IMG/VR virus record: IMGVR_UViG_3300013121_000043
DNA length: 60,303 bases
Direction: 5' to 3' (one strand)
Origin: an uncultured virus (IMG/VR IMGVR_UViG_3300013121_000043)
Lineage: Duplodnaviria; Heunggongvirae; Uroviricota; Caudoviricetes
The translations under genes were made by a program, and so were the position numbers. Positions 1 through 7,376 of this stretch are shown one piece after another; the first letter of the stretch is position 1; each line of letters begins with the position of its first letter. The notes below the pieces were generated by a model. That model was not told where the DNA came from, did not search any database, and was given only the letters and a program-made list of their open reading frames with translations.

Positions 1-44
1 CCATCTGACTGAGATAGGTGTGGATGTGATCGTCGTTGAGGAAG

Positions 45-1136
45 TCATCCGGAAGGTGGACTGGGTGGTCGTACATCCTTAGTTTGCTCCTGTTGGGAAA
101 GGCCCTGGACAGCGATTCTGCTAACCTCCTGTGAATCCCGGACAGAAAGATGGACATAGCGCTGTGCCATCGTCAGGGATGTCCAGCCACCCAGTAGCTG
201 CAGTTGTGGGCCTGTGCAACCCTCGCGTGCCGCCGCAGTCAGAATCGTGTGTCGCGTGGAGTAGGGAACAAGGTGCTCGCCGTTGCCATCCATTCCAAGA
301 CCGATCCGCTTCCTGGCCCGGCGCAGGGCGCGAGAGAGATAGGTTCGATCAAAGGGCTTATTGGTGACGTGATTGAAAAAGACATAGCGGGAATGACAGG
401 CAGGCTGACCCTGACGCCGACGCAGCAGCTCCAGCACACTGGGCGGAAACGGAATGATGCGTGGAGCCGGCTGCTTCTGCGTTTTGCGCGTCTTGTGTTC
501 ATGGTACAGCCACAGACTGCGCTCCCAGTCCACGCTCTCCCAGGTCAGCAGCCGCGCCTCGCCGGGTCGGGCCGAGGTGTGCCGACAGATGAAGAACATG
601 TCCCGCGCATCTGTAGACTTGAGCGCGGTATACAGTCGCTCAAACTCGCTCACGGTCATGACCCGCTGGCGGTTCTCCCAGGGCAGGGAGGTCAGGGCCA
701 CGAAGGGACTGGGGCCAGGAATCAGCCGCAGCTGGATCCCCCAGTTGAGCACCATGCGCAGGCTGGCCAGGATGGTGTTGACCGTGTTGTTGGTCTTCTT
801 CTCTTGCAGCAGGAAGTTCTGCCAGCGCGAGAGTTCCAGGGCGGTGATGCTGCTGACGGGAGGATTGCCAAAAAACTTGACCGCCTGGCGGAGAAACTCG
901 CGCCGACAGCGGATGGTGTAGGGAGCCAGATGCTGCTGCTTGTGCTCGGCGTAGCGGTCGATCAGTGTCTTGAGTCGGATCGTTTCCAGACTCTCGGCTT
1001 GCTGCTCCAGCTGTGGCTTCTTCCGCTTGAGTGCCTGCATCGCCTCTTGTCTGGTGGCTCCCAAAAACTGACGGCTACCGCCGGCATCCGTGTAGTAGCC
1101 ATCACGCCAGAAAAATGGCCTGGCCTTGCGTCCCAT
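45..1136 (-). CDS. int: Tyrosine recombinase / phage integrase
   Basis: 363 aa. N-terminal arm-binding/SAM-like region, then catalytic residues R (SARPGE), K (HKTR), YxxR (PYSTRHT, Y for H), W (LGGWTS) and Y (AQRYVH). Confidence 0.93.
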   Translation of the reverse strand: MGRKARPFFWRDGYYTDAGGSRQFLGATRQEAMQALKRKKPQLEQQAESLETIRLKTLIDRYAEHKQQHLAPYTIRCRREFLRQAVKFFGNPPVSSITALELSRWQNFLLQEKKTNNTVNTILASLRMVLNWGIQLRLIPGPSPFVALTSLPWENRQRVMTVSEFERLYTALKSTDARDMFFICRHTSARPGEARLLTWESVDWERSLWLYHEHKTRKTQKQPAPRIIPFPPSVLELLRRRQGQPACHSRYVFFNHVTNKPFDRTYLSRALRRARKRIGLGMDGNGEHLVPYSTRHTILTAAAREGCTGPQLQLLGGWTSLTMAQRYVHLSVRDSQEVSRIAVQGLSQQEQTKDVRPPSPPSG

Positions 1137-1272
1137 GAGTCCACTCCTTTGCAGGGAAGCACGCTCATTGTAGCGCGTGCTATCTTGTTGTCAATTCATA
1201 ACTTAAGTAAAATAGTGCCAGGGTCTCACCCCGGCAGCCAGTCTAGACAGTTGTGGGCAATTGTGTACTCTT

Positions 1273-1534
1273 TTTCCTGACAAATAACCTGACAAGCCTC
1301 TACAGTGTTTTTGTAAGTCATTGTTATGAAAAGAGTTACATCAGATAAAGCTCCTCCCTTTCAAGGAGGAGAATAGCCTGTCACACGCTGCTGTCAATAA
1401 GCACATGTTGCTAAAAACTGCTCTCAATAGCCGCTATCTGCTGCATTTCTCCTCTCTACCACCGCACTATTGTCAACAATAGGCTTGGGCAAAAACGTAC
1501 AGATTTCCACAAAATAGCCTGACATAGCCTGACA
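1273..1534. other. attP-like region with integrase arm-type repeats
   Basis: AT-rich intergenic DNA beside the integrase. 10-bp direct repeats TAGCCTGACA (1515-1524, 1525-1534) with variants at 1273-1282, 1285-1294 and 1374-1383. IHF-like TAAGTCATTGTTA at 1314-1326. Inverted repeat CTCCTCC-N7-GGAGGAG at 1351-1371. Confidence 0.6.
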
Positions 1535-1544
1535 GAGGCTAGCC

Positions 1545-1571
1545 TAAAATTTCCAGGGTTTTGCGGCAATA
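1545..1571 (+). promoter_or_regulatory. Cassette promoter motif TAAA-N16-GGCAATA (copy A)
   Basis: TAAA 1545-1548 and GGCAATA 1565-1571; same 16-nt spacing in five copies. Confidence 0.75.
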
Positions 1572-1657
1572 TCCTTTGCCGCTCCTCTAGCTCCCGGCCC
1601 TGACTCCGGGCAGGTTAAACTCAAAAGTAGATTTCTTCCTGCCCTGAGGAGACTGTC

Positions 1658-2218
1658 ATGGCCGAGGAGCAAAAATCGCTGCAGTGGTGGCGCGACCACG
1701 CTGCTGCGGCCCGCGAGATGGTGCACCAGCAACCGGAATCGCCAGAAGCATGCTGCCTTTTGGCCATGTCCCTGGGACGCTGTCGCATCATGGGAGGTGA
1801 GCTCGACTGGAAGTTTTCCGTCAAGCGTGCCATCTACGCCAGTGATGCGTTCTTCCATCTCATTGAGGAGTTGCTGGATCGGGTGATGGATGTGGCCTGG
1901 CTGCACCAGCTACTTCCTGAAGCGCTTCCCGATCTGACGGCGTTGATCATCTCCCGGCGGGTGGATGTCATGGCCGTGCAGTTGACTCTGGGCGAGGCGT
2001 TTGAACAGGCCAGCGAGCGCTGGCAGCGTCGGGTGGATAACATCCTGTCGCAGCTGGTCGACGCCCTGGCCGAACTGGATACAGAACTGTGGGCTGCCCT
2101 GCAGATCCTCCGGGATACGGGAGGACTGGTGGACGTGGCAGCCCAGCATCGTGACGAGCTGGCCAAGGGTTACCAGGAGCAGTGGTGGCTCTCGGGTCAG
2201 GAGATCGAGGGATCCTGA
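1658..2218 (+). CDS. Hypothetical helical protein (cassette A)
   Basis: 186 aa with GAGGAG RBS; followed by a hairpin plus T-run. Confidence 0.75.
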   Translation: MAEEQKSLQWWRDHAAAAREMVHQQPESPEACCLLAMSLGRCRIMGGELDWKFSVKRAIYASDAFFHLIEELLDRVMDVAWLHQLLPEALPDLTALIISRRVDVMAVQLTLGEAFEQASERWQRRVDNILSQLVDALAELDTELWAALQILRDTGGLVDVAAQHRDELAKGYQEQWWLSGQEIEGS

Positions 2219-2246
2219 TCGATCCCAATTACTTTCTGGTGTGTTA

Positions 2247-2295
2247 CCAAGACCCTGAACGATCATGGTGATCTTTCAGGGTCTTGGTGTTTTTT
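2247..2295 (+). terminator. Intrinsic terminator
   Basis: ACCAAGACCCTGAA...TTCAGGGTCTTGGT followed by GTTTTTT. Confidence 0.7.
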
Positions 2296-2302
2296 GGAGA
2301 TC

Positions 2303-2785
2303 ATGGTTCTCATGACCGAACGCATTAACAACGTGCTGACTCTGGCCCAGCGGTTCGTTCTGGTGGATCTAATCCGTCAGAACTGGGAACAGCTCAACAA
2401 GGAGCGCTGCACGGATAGGCAGGCCGCGGCCTTGCTGACCAAGGCGGCACGGGAGTATGTCTGCGCCGACGGCTCCGTCGGTGTGGACATGAAGGTGACC
2501 GCTGCCAACGTGCGGTCCCTGCTGCGGAACTGTCTGCATCACCCCAGGGTGATCAAGGACTGGGACCGCAGCATCGCGGCCGTGGGTCGGGAGTCGCAGC
2601 GGCAGCAGGCCGTCCGGGACCAGGAGCAGATCCAGCAGCTGCAGCAACTGGTTCGCAGTCTGGCGGAGCAGGTAACGCACCTGAGCCGCAACGACCAGCG
2701 GCTGACCGAGGTGTTGGACCAGCTGGTCCGACCGACGGGCAACACCCAGCCCCAGCCGACGACCGCAGGGAACGGACACGGCTGA
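2303..2785 (+). CDS. Hypothetical protein with C-terminal coiled coil (cassette A)
   Basis: Open frame with Q/L-rich heptads; start may be 2303 or 2312. Confidence 0.7.
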   Translation: MVLMTERINNVLTLAQRFVLVDLIRQNWEQLNKERCTDRQAAALLTKAAREYVCADGSVGVDMKVTAANVRSLLRNCLHHPRVIKDWDRSIAAVGRESQRQQAVRDQEQIQQLQQLVRSLAEQVTHLSRNDQRLTEVLDQLVRPTGNTQPQPTTAGNGHG

Positions 2786-2824
2786 AGCGCGCCCGGGGCA
2801 CGACCTCCGGGTCCGAAGGCCTCC

Positions 2825-3256
2825 ATGCCCCTGGACTCGTTAAGCTGGCGACAGCGTCTGGCGTTCCAGCACCCCATCCAGAGCCTGGCTGGACTGGAGC
2901 AGGATGACAAGCTCAGCTGGTCCCAGGAGGCACACTACAGGTGTGCCATGGCCATCTGGTACAACAAGGACGTGGACGGCTGGTTCTGGGTTGTCTGGGT
3001 AAAGATCCTGGGCAACAAGAAGCAGCGAAGCAACGGCCGCCGGCGACGACTGATCGCCAAGCTCACCCGCCTGGGTGAGAAGTTATTTATGCGGCCCAGC
3101 CTCCAGCTCCACGTCGGCGACGCCCGCCGACGTGAAACAGAGGTCGACCAGAGCGAGCTCTGCTACCTGGAGACCAGGCCACTCACGGAACCCGAGCTCG
3201 GGCTACTATACAGCCTCATGTTTCGAGAGGAGGCGACACCATCAGCTTCCAGGTAA
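2825..3256 (+). CDS. Hypothetical protein (cassette A)
   Basis: 143 aa, co-oriented within the operon. Confidence 0.65.
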   Translation: MPLDSLSWRQRLAFQHPIQSLAGLEQDDKLSWSQEAHYRCAMAIWYNKDVDGWFWVVWVKILGNKKQRSNGRRRRLIAKLTRLGEKLFMRPSLQLHVGDARRRETEVDQSELCYLETRPLTEPELGLLYSLMFREEATPSASR

Positions 3257-3675
3257 GATGGGCGCTGAGCCAGGATTTTCCCGGCATCCTGGAGCTACAG
3301 CGACGGCTTTACCAGCCGTGGTCCAAACACAGGCTGCGCAAGGTGATGTCCTGTCGCGACATGTTTACTCATGTCGCGATTAACCAGGCGCAGCTTGTGG
3401 TGGGCATGGTTATCTACAGGGTGCGGCCCAGGCACCTGCGTATCTTGCAGCTGGGGGTTCATCCAGACTGGCGACGCCAGGGTGTGGCCACCCAGCTCTG
3501 GCAGCGCGTGCTGTCCAAGCTGCATCCCGAGCGTCGCTCCCGACTCGTCGTCGTGGTACCCGAGCAGTGCGTGGATGTGCAGCTGTTCTTGCGACAGCAG
3601 AAGGTACGCGCCCTGGAACTGCTCTGTAACCGGGATACGGGGCAGGACGACATCTACTTCGAGTACCGGGTGTAA
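3241..3675 (+). CDS. RimI-like GNAT acetyltransferase (probable ATC start)
   Basis: GNAT motif A (LGVHPDWRRQGVATQL) plus planctomycete RimI-like segments (VRW...D, PW, VVGMVIY, SKL...RRSRL, QLFLR). GAGGAGG at 3227-3233 lies 7 nt before an in-frame ATC. Confidence 0.8.
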   Translation: MSFQVRWALSQDFPGILELQRRLYQPWSKHRLRKVMSCRDMFTHVAINQAQLVVGMVIYRVRPRHLRILQLGVHPDWRRQGVATQLWQRVLSKLHPERRSRLVVVVPEQCVDVQLFLRQQKVRALELLCNRDTGQDDIYFEYRV

Positions 3676-3684
3676 TGCCCGGGA

Positions 3685-3729
3685 GAAGAGGGAGTTCCAG
3701 ACAGAACTCCCCCTTCTTTTTTAGCTATC
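3685..3729 (+). terminator. Terminator plus cassette right-end motif (A)
   Basis: GAAGAGGGAGTTC-loop-GAACTCCCCCTTC, then TTTTTTAGCTATC. Confidence 0.8.
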
Positions 3730-3738
3730 CTGGATAGG

Positions 3739-3765
3739 TAAATTTTGGAGCCAGGGGTGGCAATA
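3739..3765 (+). promoter_or_regulatory. Cassette promoter motif (copy B)
   Basis: TAAA 3739-3742, N16, GGCAATA 3759-3765. Confidence 0.75.
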
Positions 3766-3836
3766 CAGCTTGAGAGGTGCGTTACCTCTTGTTACCGACA
3801 CCAACGGTGTGTGTCGTAACCTGGCGGAGGAGACGC

Positions 3837-4445
3837 ATGTGGCCCATGCGACGCCGCCGGCTGTTATTGACAGCCTTTGGCCTTGTAAAGGCCAAAGGCT
3901 GTCTCGATAAGCTGGCCGTAAGGCTGGCTTACGAAATGGCCGAAAAGTCAGCCGAGCAGTCGGGACTGCTCGGCTGGCTCGATCGTCTCGGCACAGACCG
4001 AGACGATCGCCTGGTTCACGAGCGGTTTACGGATGATACAAACCGCTCTTTTCTGTGGTCCGTTGAGGCCACAGACTGGCACTGGAACGTGCCGGAGTGG
4101 CTCAACAGTGCCGCTGGAAGTCTGGCACTGTCGAGCCAATGGATCCCGGCATGGATCCCGGCATGGATGCCGGGATACGCGCACGGAGGCTGGCGGCTTG
4201 AACCAAGGATGGTTCAAGATTTATTAGCTAGCCCTCCGGTAAGGACGCCGGAGCTCGTAGGCCTGGCCCGGGCGGCCTACGACGATGTCAGGGATGACTA
4301 CACCATGAACCCTGATCTTCTGGGCATCCTCGCAGATGCCCTGGAAGACCAGGACTGCTCCGGGTGGTCCGCAGCTTGTCGACTGCCCATCCCCTATTAC
4401 AGGGGGACGTGGGTGGTCGACTGGTTGCTCGGCTACCCACTGTAG
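3837..4445 (+). CDS. Planctomycete (Gemmataceae)-type family protein (cassette B)
   Basis: GGAGG RBS and ATG at 3837. The C-terminus LARAAYDD...ILADALEDQDC...CRLP.PYYRGTWVVDWLLG resembles the expanded Gemmata 'LPILADALEDAGC...RGCWVVDLLLG' domain. Confidence 0.75.
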   Translation: MWPMRRRRLLLTAFGLVKAKGCLDKLAVRLAYEMAEKSAEQSGLLGWLDRLGTDRDDRLVHERFTDDTNRSFLWSVEATDWHWNVPEWLNSAAGSLALSSQWIPAWIPAWMPGYAHGGWRLEPRMVQDLLASPPVRTPELVGLARAAYDDVRDDYTMNPDLLGILADALEDQDCSGWSAACRLPIPYYRGTWVVDWLLGYPL

Positions 4446-4452
4446 TTGTTTT

Positions 4453-4496
4453 GGTCCGGGGGTGTTCCTACCCCCGGGCCGTTTTTTTTAGCTATC
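4453..4496 (+). terminator. Terminator plus cassette right-end motif (B)
   Basis: GGTCCGGGGGT-loop-ACCCCCGGGCC, then a T-run and AGCTATC. Confidence 0.8.
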
Positions 4497-4528
4497 GGTT
4501 ATGCTGAAAACCAGAAAGGACCCGTGCC

Positions 4529-5095
4529 ATGCTTGCGCTACCGCCCTACCTTCTGGCCCAATACCGACAGTTCTGTCAGGACCAGCTTTACCACCTGGCC
4601 TACCAGCACGGCCGACCCGAGCAGCACAAGCAGGCCGCGGTTCCTGAAGCCGTTCCCGGGCTGACCGGCACGCTGTACGGCTCCCGCTCCGGCTGGTTAC
4701 TTCTGACCGTACCCAACGCCGTCGCCCGGGGCCTGTTTGATGCCCTGCACGAGCAGGGCGTGGAGCTACCCCGTAACCGGGATGGCAAGCTCAACGCGCA
4801 TATCTCGGTGATGAACCCCGGCGAGCTGGCCAGAATCGGTGGACTGGACAAGATCTCCGAGCGCGGCCACAGCTTCCGTTACAACCTGGGTGCCATCAAA
4901 ACGGTACGACCCACCACCTGGAATGGTGTCTCACGCGTCTGGTACGTCAGCATCACCAGTCCCGAGTTACAGGCGTTACGACGCTCCTACGGACTCTCCT
5001 CACTGCCCAACGAAAACAAGCACGAGTTTCACTGCACGTTTGCCATTCGCAAGCGTAAGGTGCTACACAGCAACGATGTGTGTAAGTCATGTTAG
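4529..5095 (+). CDS. 2H phosphoesterase superfamily protein
   Basis: Two HxS/T motifs (AHISV, FHCTF) about 77 aa apart; N-terminal leader ends in KQA. Confidence 0.8.
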   Translation: MLALPPYLLAQYRQFCQDQLYHLAYQHGRPEQHKQAAVPEAVPGLTGTLYGSRSGWLLLTVPNAVARGLFDALHEQGVELPRNRDGKLNAHISVMNPGELARIGGLDKISERGHSFRYNLGAIKTVRPTTWNGVSRVWYVSITSPELQALRRSYGLSSLPNENKHEFHCTFAIRKRKVLHSNDVCKSC

Positions 5096-5104
5096 ACTAC
5101 AGGT
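5091..5104 (+). promoter_or_regulatory. Putative late-type promoter GTTANACTACAG
   Basis: GTTAGACTACAGGT; near-identical copies at 44540, 54434 and 58911, and a variant at 7341. Confidence 0.55.
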
Positions 5105-5147
5105 GGATGACTCAGGTGTTTCTCTTTTCACTCGTTCGAGGTTGTGT

Positions 5148-5507
5148 ATGACCCCCTATCCCGACATCTTTCCCGTTGGTGCCATCACGGCTCTGATCAA
5201 CTTTGCTCGCGGTGGTGACAGCAAGATCAGTGACGTCATTCACGCGGCCTGGTGCGTGACCGGCTATGCGCTGAGTCAGGCCCTGCCCGTGGAGAACAAG
5301 TTCGGCGCTCTGCCCAAGGTTGAGGGTCCACTGCCACCCCTGACCGACGAGGAAAAGCACAAGCTCGCCACGGCCCTGGACCACTATCTGGCGGTTCACG
5401 AGGGACGCATGCAGGCGGGCGATTTTGAGTTTTCCTGGACTGCCTTGCTCCCCCTTCTGGCTCGCGTCCTGGATCAGCTCCTCCATCTCTATCTGGACCG
5501 GGCGTAG
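5148..5507 (+). CDS. Hypothetical protein
   Basis: 119 aa from ATG 5148 (MTPYPDIFP), downstream of the GTTANACT motif. Confidence 0.7.
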   Translation: MTPYPDIFPVGAITALINFARGGDSKISDVIHAAWCVTGYALSQALPVENKFGALPKVEGPLPPLTDEEKHKLATALDHYLAVHEGRMQAGDFEFSWTALLPLLARVLDQLLHLYLDRA

Positions 5508-5593
5508 CCTCTCCTCCCTTCCGTTTGATTCCCTTCCTGCCGGGAGGTCGTGACGTTCGCGTCCCGGCCTCCTTTCTTCTGTAGGGTACTGTT

Positions 5594-5797
5594 ATGCCTA
5601 AAACCGCCGCCCAGATCCTTGGTCTGAAGATCACGCGCGTGTCCATGACCGCCCTGCCCAAGAAAGAATCCAGGCAGGAGGATGAGGAGAAGGAAGACCA
5701 GGAAAAAGGGGACATTCCCTCCGAGGAGCTCTGGGACGATCTGCAGGAGTTACTGGCATCACTCTGCGAGGAGGGTGAGGATGAAAGAGCATCATAA
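5594..5797 (+). CDS. Small acidic hypothetical protein
   Basis: 67 aa, E/D-rich; overlaps the start of the next gene. Confidence 0.5.
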   Translation: MPKTAAQILGLKITRVSMTALPKKESRQEDEEKEDQEKGDIPSEELWDDLQELLASLCEEGEDERAS

Positions 5798-6410
5798 ACC
5801 CGTACCCTGCGTGTCCTTGCGTGATGGAGATCAGTTGATCTGTCCTCACTGCAACACGGCGCTGGCTGACAAGGATATCTACAAGGACTGCAAGGGCTGG
5901 ACTTTTTGTCGCAGCTGTTTTCGCAAGGGGCGCGGCGCTATACTATTACCCCCACGACCAGAAAAACGCGCCACGTTTTTATTCGAGCACGACTGTCCCG
6001 ATGAACCTCTGGCGAAAGAAGGACAGCGCACTCTCTGGTCACCGAACCGACCCGTGGACTTACGTTCACGTAAACCGGCGGACCGTCAGAACAAAGATAT
6101 GACGGCGTTTTACCAGGCAGGACCTGCCGGCGAGCTTTCTTCGCCCGGTGGGTTACCGCCCGAGGCCTACCTGTTGCCCGCAGGACTGGTCGGCGAGGCG
6201 GTACTGGGAGAAACGCTGCCGCGTGGGCTGCTGCGCGGTCTGCTGACAGGTGGCGGCGCAGCTGCGGGAGGCCTGCTGGCCAACCACGCCACGTCGGGCG
6301 ATATCGGTAGTCGACTGACAGGTAGTGCCACGGGCGGTGCCCTGGGTTATCTATTGTCCCGCTACCTGCTTCCCGAGGAGAAGCAAGAAGAAAAGTTACC
6401 GTTTGACTAA
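5781..6410 (+). CDS. Zn-ribbon plus glycine-zipper protein
   Basis: CPHC...CRSC, an EKRA motif, and C-terminal GxxxG hydrophobic helices. Confidence 0.7.
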   Translation: MKEHHKPVPCVSLRDGDQLICPHCNTALADKDIYKDCKGWTFCRSCFRKGRGAILLPPRPEKRATFLFEHDCPDEPLAKEGQRTLWSPNRPVDLRSRKPADRQNKDMTAFYQAGPAGELSSPGGLPPEAYLLPAGLVGEAVLGETLPRGLLRGLLTGGGAAAGGLLANHATSGDIGSRLTGSATGGALGYLLSRYLLPEEKQEEKLPFD

Positions 6411-6500
6411 ATTTGTTCAAATTCCTCTTGTAACTGTAACGAGACCATGACTACAGTAAATTAGGTTATGCCCGTCTTTTTTGTAAAAGCAAGGTGATTT

Positions 6501-6986
6501 ATGGCGGAGAAGATCCACCCGTTCGCGACGGCCAGCGCCAGTCCGTCTCTGTACAACCTCATCGATCTGTTTTTGCAGCAACACGGCACGGAGGCTGGCA
6601 CAGCCCAGTTCAAATCCTGGTTAGCTCACAACTACCCGGAGCGTCGCTTCAAGCGGGAGAGTATTCGTACCGCCATGTCGGTGCGCAAGCGTCGATTGCG
6701 CGAGTACCAGGAGATGACGCAGGAACATCCTCCCGGGCCGGCAGCAACAACCACGGTTACCGTACGCAGCCAGGATGTCTCGGAATCCGGCAACAGCGTG
6801 CCCGCGCTCTCCACCACGACCCTGACGGTGGCCGAATTGCGACAGGTCAAGGAACTGATTCCTGATGTGGCCCAGCTGGATACGCTCCAGCAGCAGGTCA
6901 CCACGGTCAGCCACATGGCCGAGCAGGTGGGTGGTCTGGACCGTCTGCGTGCTGCCGTGGCTGCACTGGTCGAATTGCGCCGCTGA
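6501..6986 (+). CDS. Hypothetical protein (planctomycete-like C-terminal motif)
   Basis: 161 aa ending ..MAEQVGGLDRLRAAVAALVELRR; AT-rich upstream region. Confidence 0.7.
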   Translation: MAEKIHPFATASASPSLYNLIDLFLQQHGTEAGTAQFKSWLAHNYPERRFKRESIRTAMSVRKRRLREYQEMTQEHPPGPAATTTVTVRSQDVSESGNSVPALSTTTLTVAELRQVKELIPDVAQLDTLQQQVTTVSHMAEQVGGLDRLRAAVAALVELRR

Positions 6987-7030
6987 TAGCTAAAGAAAAA
7001 CCCCGGGAGTAACGACTTGTTACTCCCGGG
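6985..7030 (-). terminator. Terminator plus cassette right-end motif (C, minus strand)
   Basis: Hairpin CCCGGGAGTAAC/GTTACTCCCGGG; the minus strand continues TTTTTCTTTAGCTATC. Confidence 0.7.
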
Positions 7031-7037
7031 AAAAACC

Positions 7038-7217
7038 CTAGCCGCGGAGCTCAAACTCCGCGGCTAGGGTTTTTAGTTGAAAGAGGAGCTGGTTGAGCTC
7101 AACCAGCTCCTCCTCAATCTCTTCCCGTTGTCGGCCGGTCGCGACCGACAACGAGAGGAGAGAGAGCATCCGGGCCCCTTCCAGGGCCCGGATCTCTCCG
7201 TAGATTTGAGGATCCAT
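7038..7217 (-). CDS. 59-aa protein not in the ORF track (cassette C)
   Basis: Minus-strand AGGAGG-N6-ATG. Translation MDPQIYGEIRALEGARMLSLLSLSVATGRQREEIEEELVELNQLLFQLKTLAAEFELRG*. Lies between the cassette promoter and terminator. Confidence 0.6.
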   Translation of the reverse strand: MDPQIYGEIRALEGARMLSLLSLSVATGRQREEIEEELVELNQLLFQLKTLAAEFELRG

Positions 7218-7297
7218 GATGATCCTCCTGAGGAGTCAATCCCTCGCAGGAACCCAGACACCGCGTCGGTTCCTGCAAGAGCTATGCTCCCACGCGG

Positions 7298-7324
7298 TAT
7301 TGCCCCACTTCGGTCTGTTTTTTA
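7298..7324 (-). promoter_or_regulatory. Cassette promoter motif (copy C, minus strand)
   Basis: Forward TATTGCC 7298-7304, N16, TTTA 7321-7324, which is TAAA-N16-GGCAATA on the minus strand. Confidence 0.75.
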
Positions 7325-7376
7325 GCCTGCCAAAATCACGGTTAAACTGAGGGTAGTCTTCCTTGCGAGGTAAGCC

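Noticed and set aside
204..1280. 358-aa plus-strand ORF
   Set aside because: Antisense shadow of the integrase; no recognisable motifs.
1340..1420. Complete tRNA gene around the anticodon-like hairpin
   Set aside because: No D-arm, no T-arm (GTTCRA) and no acceptor stem visible.
4139..4175. Short tandem repeat ATGGATCCCGGC (WIPAWIPAWMP)
   Set aside because: Only about 2.5 copies inside a coding hairpin region; likely slippage rather than a separate element.
7077..7325. 82-aa plus-strand ORF and 62-aa minus-strand ORF from the track
   Set aside because: Promoter, RBS and terminator support the minus-strand 7217-7038 frame instead; the plus ORF partly arises from the palindrome.
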